DNA from: an uncultured virus (IMG/VR IMGVR_UViG_3300043409_001074)
Lineage: Duplodnaviria; Heunggongvirae; Uroviricota; Caudoviricetes
IMG/VR virus record: IMGVR_UViG_3300043409_001074
DNA length: 64,000 nt
Direction: 5' to 3' (one strand)
Of the stretch, positions 55,603 through 64,000 are shown in pieces; the stretch's first letter is position 1, and the number at the start of each line of letters is the position of its first letter. Position numbers and translations under genes: made by a program. Below the pieces are notes generated by a model. The model saw only the letters and a program-made list of their open reading frames with translations. It had not been told where the DNA came from and did not search any database.

Positions 55603-56634
55603 TTAACATTTTCTCCAATATTTCAATCTAAGTAATCCATCTAATGAAGAATGAATATTATTCTTAATAATTATTTTAATTTCATTCTCATTCATGCCTG
55701 ACATCACCATATCATTTATGTCTTTATGGTGTAGATTATCCGGCCAGATTACCACTTTTACACCACGTTTTATACAATTTTCTATTTTATGGACAATCTC
55801 TTTATTGCGGGGTTCATTATCGTATATTACAATTCCATTAGTATATAAATTTGGAAGTATAGTGTCATTGAATACAAAATCCGATCCACCCATTGCAATA
55901 GAATTATTTATAAACATAGAGTCAAATGGACCCTCGGTTATATAATATTCTTTATTGAAATTAATTGTATCAAGACCAAATATTTTAGGATAATCTTCAT
56001 TGATTACTATCGAAAAATATTTCGGTTCTATCTTAGGATTAAATGCTCTACCCTGAACAACAAACACTTCTTTCTTTTTATTGAAGAATGGAATTACCAA
56101 TCTCGGTTCATCGCTATTAAGACTAAATTTATCTGGAAGTAGAGTATTAATCCATTCTCTAAATTTAGGAGCATAATATAACTTATGGTGATATTGTGTA
56201 GGAATTTTCCTATTCTCTACATACAATTTAGCTGAATGGTTATGTTTCAATTGTGAGATTTTCTTTAACCCATTCATGATGATATCAACACCAATAAATT
56301 TAGGTTTGCTCATTTCTACATTTGGTAGTTTAGTATTATTTCTATGAACTTCTGTTGTAATTTCTAGAAATAATTCCTGACAATACTCATCATAGAGTGT
56401 AGTATTATATTGTTTTAGGAAATTCTTAAAGGACATACTTGCACTACAGTTATGACAATAGAGAAAATATGAACTACCTTTCTCAAAGAAATAACATCTA
56501 GCCTTTAATTTATTAGTTGAACTATCTCCACATATTGGACATGAACAATTAGCTAGATTATTAGATTTCCATCTAAAATTTCTTAATGCCGAACTATTTA
56601 AATTTACATATTTTTTATCTAACCATATACTCAT
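55603..56634 (-). CDS. gp61: DNA primase
   Basis: CPICGDS...CHNC Zn finger, EGPFDS, DNEPRN, KDIND. Confidence 0.95.
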   Translation of the reverse strand: MSIWLDKKYVNLNSSALRNFRWKSNNLANCSCPICGDSSTNKLKARCYFFEKGSSYFLYCHNCSASMSFKNFLKQYNTTLYDEYCQELFLEITTEVHRNNTKLPNVEMSKPKFIGVDIIMNGLKKISQLKHNHSAKLYVENRKIPTQYHHKLYYAPKFREWINTLLPDKFSLNSDEPRLVIPFFNKKKEVFVVQGRAFNPKIEPKYFSIVINEDYPKIFGLDTINFNKEYYITEGPFDSMFINNSIAMGGSDFVFNDTILPNLYTNGIVIYDNEPRNKEIVHKIENCIKRGVKVVIWPDNLHHKDINDMVMSGMNENEIKIIIKNNIHSSLDGLLRLKYWRKC

Positions 56635-56666
56635 ACTCTCTCCCAATTGAACTATAAGGAGAGAGT

Positions 56667-56695
56667 ATTATATCGTATGTCGGTTAATCTGTCAA
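56667..56695 (-). promoter_or_regulatory. consensus sigma70 promoter
   Basis: TTGACA-N17-TATAAT upstream of primase. Confidence 0.8.
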
Positions 56696-56698
56696 CAA

Positions 56699-57022
56699 CT
56701 ATAGTTTTAGGATAAACTTGTATACTAGAGGCATAATGAACATTAATACAGCTAGAATACCTGTGGCATACCATTTAAATTGTTCTAAGCTAGTTACTCT
56801 TTTTGCAATTTCTTTAACATTTTCATTGTCATGGATTTCTGATTTTTCCTGATTTACTAATTTAAAATCATGCATAACAATAGTTTCTTTTAGTGATGCC
56901 AATACTAAAGAAAGTCTATCCATAGTATTTTCTAATCTAGTGAAAAATCCTACCAATTGTGCCTGCTCCTTTTCAATGATAGCTAGGCGGGTATTTAAAT
57001 TATTAGGAATTTCCGTTTCCAT
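56699..57022 (-). CDS. coiled-coil protein with C-terminal TM helix
   Basis: Hydrophobic C-terminus. Confidence 0.7.
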   Translation of the reverse strand: METEIPNNLNTRLAIIEKEQAQLVGFFTRLENTMDRLSLVLASLKETIVMHDFKLVNQEKSEIHDNENVKEIAKRVTSLEQFKWYATGILAVLMFIMPLVYKFILKL

Positions 57023-57561
57023 TATTTGTTATCCCCTATTAGAACATCTATTTGTTTCGTTTTCATAAATGATCCATTACTTGATCCAAAATAATAACTA
57101 AAAATAACCCCTATAATAGCATCCAAAGTCCCTAACGTTCTCATAATAATTTCCCGCATCTCAGCAGGTAGTGTTTGTCCTGATACTACTAACCATATTT
57201 GGATAAAGGCATATACTATTAATATAAAATATGCTAAATATTTATTAGTATTATCCTGAGTATTTATTTCTCTGCTTCTAGCATTACTTCTATCATTAGT
57301 ATCTAGAGAAATAACATCAATTTCCAATTGTTTCATTTGCAATTTGAAATTAGTTTCTAATTCTTTTAGTTTTAATAAAGTTTCTGGATTAGCCTTAGCG
57401 ATTTCTTCATATACTTTGTCTTCGGGAGTATCTTCACTTAATCCTAATACTCCGGCTAATGATCTCACAGCCATTCCAGCTAGTGGGCCACCTAATGCCG
57501 TGGCGATAGTTGGAGCTACCGTTCCTAATATATTTTTAGCCGCTCGTAGTAATTCGTCCAT
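57022..57561 (-). CDS. holin-like membrane protein
   Basis: APTIATALGGPLAG; two TM helices; YYFGSS. Confidence 0.65.
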   Translation of the reverse strand: MDELLRAAKNILGTVAPTIATALGGPLAGMAVRSLAGVLGLSEDTPEDKVYEEIAKANPETLLKLKELETNFKLQMKQLEIDVISLDTNDRSNARSREINTQDNTNKYLAYFILIVYAFIQIWLVVSGQTLPAEMREIIMRTLGTLDAIIGVIFSYYFGSSNGSFMKTKQIDVLIGDNK

Positions 57562-58027
57562 CTTCCTTATCCTTATCCTTTTTCTTTATTTTCCTATTTT
57601 TTATACGAGATAATAAAGAAACAGATAGAAGCATATCTTTTCCTGCTATAGCAGGGCCAGTAACATTTACAGGAACTTCGGATTCTTGAACTAATAAAGA
57701 TGTTTTAGTATGTAGAGGTAAATTTTTATTCATGAACATTTCTGAATTATTTTTCTCTAGAGATTTTTTAATTTTTAATACAATCATGTCAAATTGAGTA
57801 AAATACTTTAAATGATTTCTATCCATATGTTTTCTAGAAATTAAGATATTTCCATTTTCATCAATAATTTTGCATTGATACGCTGGCCAATCTTTAAATG
57901 GGACTAATAATCTACTTAATAATTCATATGAATAGACATTATTTAAATCTATTCTATCATTATAAAGTGGATTTTTAATGATTCCATTTACTCTTAATGT
58001 ATTTTCTACTGATCTACTATTATTCAT
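57536..58027 (-). CDS. conserved T4-like hypothetical protein
   Basis: PFKDWPAY...IIDENG. Confidence 0.7.
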   Translation of the reverse strand: MNNSRSVENTLRVNGIIKNPLYNDRIDLNNVYSYELLSRLLVPFKDWPAYQCKIIDENGNILISRKHMDRNHLKYFTQFDMIVLKIKKSLEKNNSEMFMNKNLPLHTKTSLLVQESEVPVNVTGPAIAGKDMLLSVSLLSRIKNRKIKKKDKDKEDGRITTSG

Positions 58028-58437
58028 CTTTTAATCGTCCTAAGAACCCTAATTACTCCTTCATCCATTTCTATATCGTTAATATAAATATTATTATTAT
58101 TATTATTTATATTAATTATAACTTCCGGTAGTGTGTTTAACATCACTAAAAATGGTTTTAGGATTGTATGGTATTTATCTAATTTTAGAAACAATATTCT
58201 ATTGAGTGCCGTTTTATTGAATACGTTATACAACACAGTTAAATGATTTAATATTAATCTGTATTGTAATTCTTCAGTTCTTAAATATTTATTAAAAATT
58301 CGTTTAATATAAATTATTCGCTCTAAATCTTCATAGAACTCTTTAGTTCCCATAGAATTAATATTTTCATAATTTCTTGCTGCATATAATAGATAATTAT
58401 CATTGGTTAATATTTCATTGTGTAAATTATTATTCAT
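58024..58437 (-). CDS. conserved T4-like hypothetical protein
   Basis: EFYEDL...RLILNHL..LYNVF. Confidence 0.8.
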   Translation of the reverse strand: MNNNLHNEILTNDNYLLYAARNYENINSMGTKEFYEDLERIIYIKRIFNKYLRTEELQYRLILNHLTVLYNVFNKTALNRILFLKLDKYHTILKPFLVMLNTLPEVIININNNNNNIYINDIEMDEGVIRVLRTIKR

Positions 58438-58448
58438 AATTATCTCTA

Positions 58449-58736
58449 TTAAAATGCGGTTAGAGAAATTCTTCGTAATGTATTATTTGCTGTTGATAAG
58501 TAAAGATAATTAGCATCATAAAACATTTTACCTTTAGTAATAGTAATACTACTATTGCTTGGTGTAGTATTATTTGTAATGATAAAATTATTAACTGTCA
58601 ATATATCTACATTACTAAAAAAATTATTGACGGTCACTTTTTTTGTGACCGCCAAAGTATCAGGATTAGTAACCATTACTAAATAATCAGAATTTAATAC
58701 TGAATTTGCTGTAGATAATTCCGTAATTTTTGGCAT
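58449..58736 (-). CDS. probable virion structural protein
   Basis: PKITELST...; G.MFYDANYLY. Confidence 0.65.
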   Translation of the reverse strand: MPKITELSTANSVLNSDYLVMVTNPDTLAVTKKVTVNNFFSNVDILTVNNFIITNNTTPSNSSITITKGKMFYDANYLYLSTANNTLRRISLTAF

Positions 58737-58758
58737 ACTATATCCTTATGATTAATTA

Positions 58759-59607
58759 TTAGGTATCAGGATATATAGTATCGTCAGAACCATCACTAGC
58801 AATTGTTCCCATGGCAACTAATACTTCTGTTTGAACACGTCCAGCCCTATTACCCGTTCCAACACTACGTAAAACCCAGCCAGAATGCGCTACGCCGGTA
58901 TTTTTACCACCACCTACGGCAACAGCCCCGGTAGCCTGAACGCCTTGTAGGGCATGTCCAGTTTGTGTTAAACCCTTGGTTAATGTAATACGATCGCCGG
59001 CTTTAGTTTCGGTTAAAGCCACAACAGTTGAATTAGCAAATTGGATATAATAATAATTCCCACTTGTTAATCCTGAAATTGCAGTATTAGTAGAACTACA
59101 TTCATATTTAACTCTATCATCCGCAGCGAAGAATGCAGCAGAGGAAATAGTAATTACGCTATTCGCGCCACCATTTAGACCGGCTGTTACTGCGGAATTA
59201 CTATTAAATGTAGTATTTGCAGGGGCAGCAATGGAAACTGATGGAGGCAATTTATAAGCACTTCCAGCAGTAGATACATTTAATGCACTAACTTTACCAA
59301 TTGAATTTGCAGTAGCATTGGCAACGGCAGAGGCACCACCATTAACAGCAGTTAAAGTAACAACTGCATTTGCTGTATATCCACTACCAGTAGTAATTAC
59401 AATTCCCTGAATTACTCCACCAGAATCAATTCCTACTTCTGTAGTATCTACTGCAAATTGGCCAACTGATTTCCCAGTTACAAAACTACCTACAGTAACG
59501 TTTCCGTATAATGCAGTCCTATTTGCGGCATTTGCAGTTACACCAAATTGCGCTGGTGCATAAAATACTGAGTTTGCAGCATTATCTGTTTTATTCCATT
59601 GAGGCAT
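58759..59607 (-). CDS. probable virion structural protein
   Basis: Ala/Thr/Gly-rich beta protein; HSGW...GRVQTEVLVAM. Confidence 0.75.
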   Translation of the reverse strand: MPQWNKTDNAANSVFYAPAQFGVTANAANRTALYGNVTVGSFVTGKSVGQFAVDTTEVGIDSGGVIQGIVITTGSGYTANAVVTLTAVNGGASAVANATANSIGKVSALNVSTAGSAYKLPPSVSIAAPANTTFNSNSAVTAGLNGGANSVITISSAAFFAADDRVKYECSSTNTAISGLTSGNYYYIQFANSTVVALTETKAGDRITLTKGLTQTGHALQGVQATGAVAVGGGKNTGVAHSGWVLRSVGTGNRAGRVQTEVLVAMGTIASDGSDDTIYPDT

Positions 59608-59608
59608 C

Positions 59609-60955
59609 TTATTTTCTCCTAGCTACGTCTAAAAATTGTTTAAATGATGATCGCATTAATTTCGCGGTCTGTGCTTTTTCAAATGCACTTAACCCATTAT
59701 AATATCTTAATGCTAATTTTGCTAATGCAGGAGAAATATTCATAGTAGTTTTATTCTCAAAATTAAACGGCACTTCAACATCATTTTGAGATGCTTTTTG
59801 TAATGCTTTAACTATTCTAACACTAGATGCGATTTTGCCTGTATGTGTGGCATTACCTTCCGATTCACTTAATGCATCAAAATCAATTTCTTCTTCCTCG
59901 TTAACTGTAGGGGAAATTTCTTTCATTCTATTCTTAATTCGATCAACTGCACTTTCTTTTTCTTTTTTAAGTGGTTCTGCAACAGCCGGAGTATTACCTT
60001 TAACTAAATCAAGAGAAATACTATTTAAATCATCGGCAGACAATTCAGGTTTAGATACTGGTTTAGCAACTGGTTTAGCAACTGGTTTAGCAACTGGTTT
60101 AGCAGCAGGCATTCTGCTATTACTAGATGATCCATCGGGCATTGTTGGTTTATCAGCAGGCATTCTGCTATTACTAGATGATCCATCGGGCATTGTTGGT
60201 TTATCAGCAGGCGTAATAGGATCAGATGCTTTAGCTGTATCTTTACTTAGTAATAATGGAGCAGCTAAAATTGATGGGATTGCAGCTTTCTTAACAATTG
60301 AACCGGCAATTTTAGGTGGTTCTTTAAATACTGATCCGTCAATATCAATTCCAGGTTTATTGGTCTGCGGCGATCTCACGACTGATCTTGGAGGAAGAAC
60401 TTCGCCTTTATTAACATATGGATCAACAGCCCTATTGCCTTGAACTGCCGGCAAATTGGATTTTGGAGTAGGTGGAGATACATCAGGTAAATTACTATCA
60501 TTAGCAGGAGATAAACTATCCATTTTTCTAGTTAATGATTTTCCTGGTGCTGGTGTTCCTGGGAGTTTAATATTAGGAACATCTGGGGTAGCATCTCTAG
60601 CTACAGATGGGGATGGTGTGGATGGTGGGGATGGTGGTTTAGTTGGAGTAACTTTTGGTGCAACACCTTTAAGTCTATCCGCAGCTTTTTGTGCAAGAAA
60701 TTTTGCAACATTAAAAACTGTCTCCACACGACCTTCTGGAATTAATTCTTCTCCAACTATATCAGATACTTCTTTTTTAGTTGTAACTAAATCATCATCT
60801 TTATCGTCTTTATCTGAAACTTTTTTATGTTTAGTTTTATACTTAGATTTATCTTTAGATTTATTTTCATCTAAAGATTCTCTATTAAAAATACTTCTTA
60901 CAATATCCATTTCTGCATCAGAAACGCCTAATTTACCTTGTAATGTTACTGACAT
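59609..60955 (-). CDS. Pro-rich low-complexity protein, possibly an internal head component
   Basis: 51-bp repeat twice and 12-bp (KPVA) repeat four times at about 60057-60211. Confidence 0.7.
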   Translation of the reverse strand: MSVTLQGKLGVSDAEMDIVRSIFNRESLDENKSKDKSKYKTKHKKVSDKDDKDDDLVTTKKEVSDIVGEELIPEGRVETVFNVAKFLAQKAADRLKGVAPKVTPTKPPSPPSTPSPSVARDATPDVPNIKLPGTPAPGKSLTRKMDSLSPANDSNLPDVSPPTPKSNLPAVQGNRAVDPYVNKGEVLPPRSVVRSPQTNKPGIDIDGSVFKEPPKIAGSIVKKAAIPSILAAPLLLSKDTAKASDPITPADKPTMPDGSSSNSRMPADKPTMPDGSSSNSRMPAAKPVAKPVAKPVAKPVSKPELSADDLNSISLDLVKGNTPAVAEPLKKEKESAVDRIKNRMKEISPTVNEEEEIDFDALSESEGNATHTGKIASSVRIVKALQKASQNDVEVPFNFENKTTMNISPALAKLALRYYNGLSAFEKAQTAKLMRSSFKQFLDVARRK

Positions 60956-61021
60956 ACCATACTCCAAATTACATTTATTTATTCTTTTATATATTATTTA
61001 TGTAATTTGGATTGTCTTTAT

Positions 61022-61441
61022 TTACAAATAATTATACTCATTATTATCACAGGTATAAACGACCTTCCGAATATCATAAGTAGCGATAGCCTTAATACAG
61101 CCGCTACAAGGCCGACTGAGGCCCCAAACTAATTTCCGCTCCATTGTATCATGATGCTTCACGCGGCAGACGTAGAGCGTAGATTTGGCCACTTCCTCTA
61201 GTGATACGAGACGTAGGGCATTCCTCAGGCAATCCGTTTCAGCATGAAGGTAAATGCTCTCAATATTTCTAGAAAATTTTGCCTGAAATGGATGTGACTT
61301 CATTTGATTTACGCCGATGGCGACAATATCGTTCTTATAAACAAGACAAGCCGCCAACCTTGCACGATTAGCGGACTCAGAATTAATTGCAATTGCGATC
61401 TTTTCCAAATAGGAAAGATACTTATGTTCACGCGACTTCAT
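61022..61441 (-). CDS. second cytidine/dCMP deaminase-family protein
   Basis: LHAE...RPCSGC. Confidence 0.8.
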   Translation of the reverse strand: MKSREHKYLSYLEKIAIAINSESANRARLAACLVYKNDIVAIGVNQMKSHPFQAKFSRNIESIYLHAETDCLRNALRLVSLEEVAKSTLYVCRVKHHDTMERKLVWGLSRPCSGCIKAIATYDIRKVVYTCDNNEYNYL

Positions 61442-61452
61442 TTTATAAAATC

Positions 61453-61965
61453 CTATATGGTCACTTTGGTTATATTAGCATATATCTCAGCATAGTCAAG
61501 TTTAAAGACTGATTGATTCAACCTATAGTCTTTCCTGAGCATGTTGAAGATTGAAACTTCATATCCATTAGCTTCAATTTCCCAGGGAAGTAACCAATAT
61601 TCATCTTTGTCTATATTATATAAATTATTATTCCATATAAACTGAGAATTCTCATCCAGGTCCACCAACTCTTTTTTAAAAAATTGTTTTACATGGACCA
61701 TTTCATGAATGATCGTTTGTGTTAATATTTTTTTATTCTTAATGTATGTTATGTAAATTTTACATTTCTTAGGATCGTAATTATTATCATCCCAGGAGGT
61801 TTCTGCATATATCTTAGATTCGATTTCATCCACGAATACTAATTTTACTGAATGTTCTGGGGATTTTAATATTTCTGGCATTGTAATTAATAAAGTATAT
61901 TCCATAATAAATTTGACATATTTCGTCATAATTCTGCTTTCAGAATTTTCCACTATAAATTTCAT
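61453..61965 (-). CDS. HEXXH metallopeptidase-like protein
   Basis: HEMVHVKQ...PWEIEA. Confidence 0.8.
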   Translation of the reverse strand: MKFIVENSESRIMTKYVKFIMEYTLLITMPEILKSPEHSVKLVFVDEIESKIYAETSWDDNNYDPKKCKIYITYIKNKKILTQTIIHEMVHVKQFFKKELVDLDENSQFIWNNNLYNIDKDEYWLLPWEIEANGYEVSIFNMLRKDYRLNQSVFKLDYAEIYANITKVTI

Positions 61966-62109
61966 TGATGTTCACCTAAAATAATTTCTGTAGTAAATAG
62001 AAAATTTGTTTTTTATGCTTGACAAATACGATTTTTATTGACATACTAAGGATGTCCGAAACAGATAATATATATTATATAGTTAATAACAGGGAGAATA
62101 AAAATTATT

Positions 62110-62520
62110 ATGAGATTAAGTATATCTGAGATTTTGAAAAAAGCCGATGAGATTGATGAGTCTGCTGCTAGGATTGAATTTATTAGAAAAGAACGTAGCA
62201 CGGCATTGGAGACGGTTTTACAATATTGTTATCATCCGAGTGTGAAATGGTTATTACCAAAAGGTCCAGCACCATTCAAACCATCTGACTTTCCTGATGC
62301 TCATGGTATGTTGTATTCAGAAGCCAGAAAATTATATTTGTTTGTTGAAGGTGGGAATAATAATCTTACTAAAATTAAAAGAGAACAGATTTTCATTAAT
62401 ATGCTAGAAAGTATTGACAAGGATGATGCTGCTCTGCTAGTATCAATTAAGGATGGCGTTATGCCATATCGACGTATAACCAAAAAATTTGTAGAAAAGG
62501 CGTTTCCTGGTTTAGTATGA
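62110..62520 (+). CDS. conserved T4-like hypothetical protein
   Basis: WLLPKG.APF...KREQIFINMLE. Confidence 0.8.
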   Translation: MRLSISEILKKADEIDESAARIEFIRKERSTALETVLQYCYHPSVKWLLPKGPAPFKPSDFPDAHGMLYSEARKLYLFVEGGNNNLTKIKREQIFINMLESIDKDDAALLVSIKDGVMPYRRITKKFVEKAFPGLV

Positions 62521-62711
62521 GCAAGACATTCAAAAAAAATAGAACTAAGTTCGATGATGATTATCTAGATTATAATGATGAATCAAATCGTAATAAGGAT
62601 AAACAGAAGTGGAAGATTGAACGTAGAAAACAATCTCGTAGAGATAATATGATATCAGATAAATTTGATGATAGTGAAGGTGATAATAACAATGAAAAAG
62701 ATTACATTTAA
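62517..62711 (+). CDS. small charged protein
   Basis: Coupled ORF. Confidence 0.6.
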   Translation: MSKTFKKNRTKFDDDYLDYNDESNRNKDKQKWKIERRKQSRRDNMISDKFDDSEGDNNNEKDYI

Positions 62712-62997
62712 TGAAAACCCAACTATCATTAATTCTGGTGTCTTATATGATCATATTGATTTTTGCAGTAATATACCTGTAGGAAAATATACTCTAAGAA
62801 TTATTAATTGTTATGTCGGAATAGGCATGAGTGATAGATACTTTCAGGAATCATTTATAGAGATATATTTGGGAGAAGAAAATGTAACAAAATCACTTCT
62901 TAGGAAATGGGCATATGAGAATGAGTCTATTTTTCCAATTTCCGCCACGTCAGAAAATCTTAGAGATATTTTAAATCTATTACATAGCATTGGATAA
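62692..62997 (+). CDS. hypothetical protein
   Basis: ORF within the operon; start uncertain. Confidence 0.55.
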   Translation: MKKITFNENPTIINSGVLYDHIDFCSNIPVGKYTLRIINCYVGIGMSDRYFQESFIEIYLGEENVTKSLLRKWAYENESIFPISATSENLRDILNLLHSIG

Positions 62998-62999
62998 AA

Positions 63000-63239
63000 A
63001 TGCCAAATTACACATTTACAGACACAAAGACAAATGAACAATTCTTAGAATTCATGTCTATGTCTGAGAAAGACGAATTTTTAAAAAACAATCCTCATAT
63101 TTTACAAACATTAATTACTCCAATTGGATTAGTTGATTCAGTTAGAATTGGAGTAAAAAAGCCAGATAATGGTTTCCGGGATGTTCTGAAAAAAATTAAA
63201 AAGGCTAATCCATTAGCAAAGGGAATTAATATTCATTAA
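63000..63239 (+). CDS. FmdB-like small protein
   Basis: MPNYTF...KPDNGFRDVL; usually upstream of phoH in T4-like phages. Confidence 0.7.
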   Translation: MPNYTFTDTKTNEQFLEFMSMSEKDEFLKNNPHILQTLITPIGLVDSVRIGVKKPDNGFRDVLKKIKKANPLAKGINIH

Positions 63240-63265
63240 TCATACAAGACGAAAGGATATGTTGT

Positions 63266-63997
63266 ATGGCATTATCTGCTACTAAAAAAATCAGAAAAAG
63301 ATCAAGAGTAGATTTAGAAGAACAGGAACAATTCAAGTTAAAAACTAAGGAAATAAAACCATTAACCCTTTCGCAAGAAGATGCATTTGACTATTATGAT
63401 GATGGAAATCATTTAGTTTTTCATGGTATAGCAGGAACAGGCAAAACCTTTATATCATTATATTTGGCAATCAATGATATATTAGATGAAAAAAGTAAAT
63501 ATGATAAAATTCTGATTGTCAGATCAGTTGTGCCGTCTAGAGATATTGGATATCTCCCTGGAAATATTAAAGATAAAATTTCCATTTATGAATTGCCCTA
63601 TGAAAATATTTGTAATGAACTATTCACAATGAGAAATTCATATGCATATCTAAAAAGTAAAAATAAACTAGAATTCCAGTCTACATCATTTATTCGTGGA
63701 TTGACCTTCGATAATACAATTATCATTATTGATGAAATGCAGAATATGACATCAATGGAATTACATTCAATTCTCACTAGGATTGGCAAAAATAGTAAAT
63801 TTATTATGTGTGGTGATTATCGTCAGAATGATTTATTGGATAAAAAACATGGACAATCATCAGGATTAAATGAAATTTTAAAAGTATTAGAAATAGTTAA
63901 ATCGGTTAAGATAGTTGATTTTGGTATTGATGATATTGTCAGATCAGGATTTGTTAAAGAATATATTATAGCAAGAGATAAACTTGGATTATCATAA
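63266..63997 (+). CDS. phoH: PhoH-like ATPase
   Basis: GIAGTGKT, IGYLPG, FIRGLTF, DEMQN, GDYRQ, DIVRSG. Confidence 0.93.
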   Translation: MALSATKKIRKRSRVDLEEQEQFKLKTKEIKPLTLSQEDAFDYYDDGNHLVFHGIAGTGKTFISLYLAINDILDEKSKYDKILIVRSVVPSRDIGYLPGNIKDKISIYELPYENICNELFTMRNSYAYLKSKNKLEFQSTSFIRGLTFDNTIIIIDEMQNMTSMELHSILTRIGKNSKFIMCGDYRQNDLLDKKHGQSSGLNEILKVLEIVKSVKIVDFGIDDIVRSGFVKEYIIARDKLGLS

Positions 63998-64000
63998 TAG

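Noticed and set aside
59835..61031. Long plus-strand ORFs of 202 and 191 aa
   Set aside because: Antisense to the Pro-rich repeat gene, with no RBS or motif support.

Overview
This window is part of a large T4-like (Tevenvirinae-related) myophage genome. The host is probably an alphaproteobacterium, inferred from the GANTC usage. It has two compositionally distinct parts. (1) Bases 1 to about 12,050 are a more GC-rich, GANTC-dense early region. It holds small hypothetical genes, most preceded by a repeated sigma70-type promoter with covarying inverted repeats (PeSL-like cassettes), plus two tRNAs, a candidate structured ncRNA and a UvrD-like helicase. (2) Bases from about 12,050 to 64,000 are an AT-rich core. 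It holds putative capsid-targeted internal proteins (ART-like, ParB-like, HEAT-repeat), the replisome (gp41, uvsX, gp43, regA, gp62/44/45, gp61), nucleotide metabolism genes, two DNA methyltransferases, glycosyltransferases and phoH. It also has a cluster of unusual tRNAs: a tRNA-Asn with a 71-nt structured insert in the anticodon, a D-armless tRNA-Arg-like RNA, and a ~210-nt structured RNA next to a coiled-coil gene and an RlmN-like enzyme. nrdA and nrdB are both fractured by split inteins with GIY-YIG endonucleases between the halves; the NrdB intein starts with Ala. All calls come from reading motifs by eye; no database searches were run.
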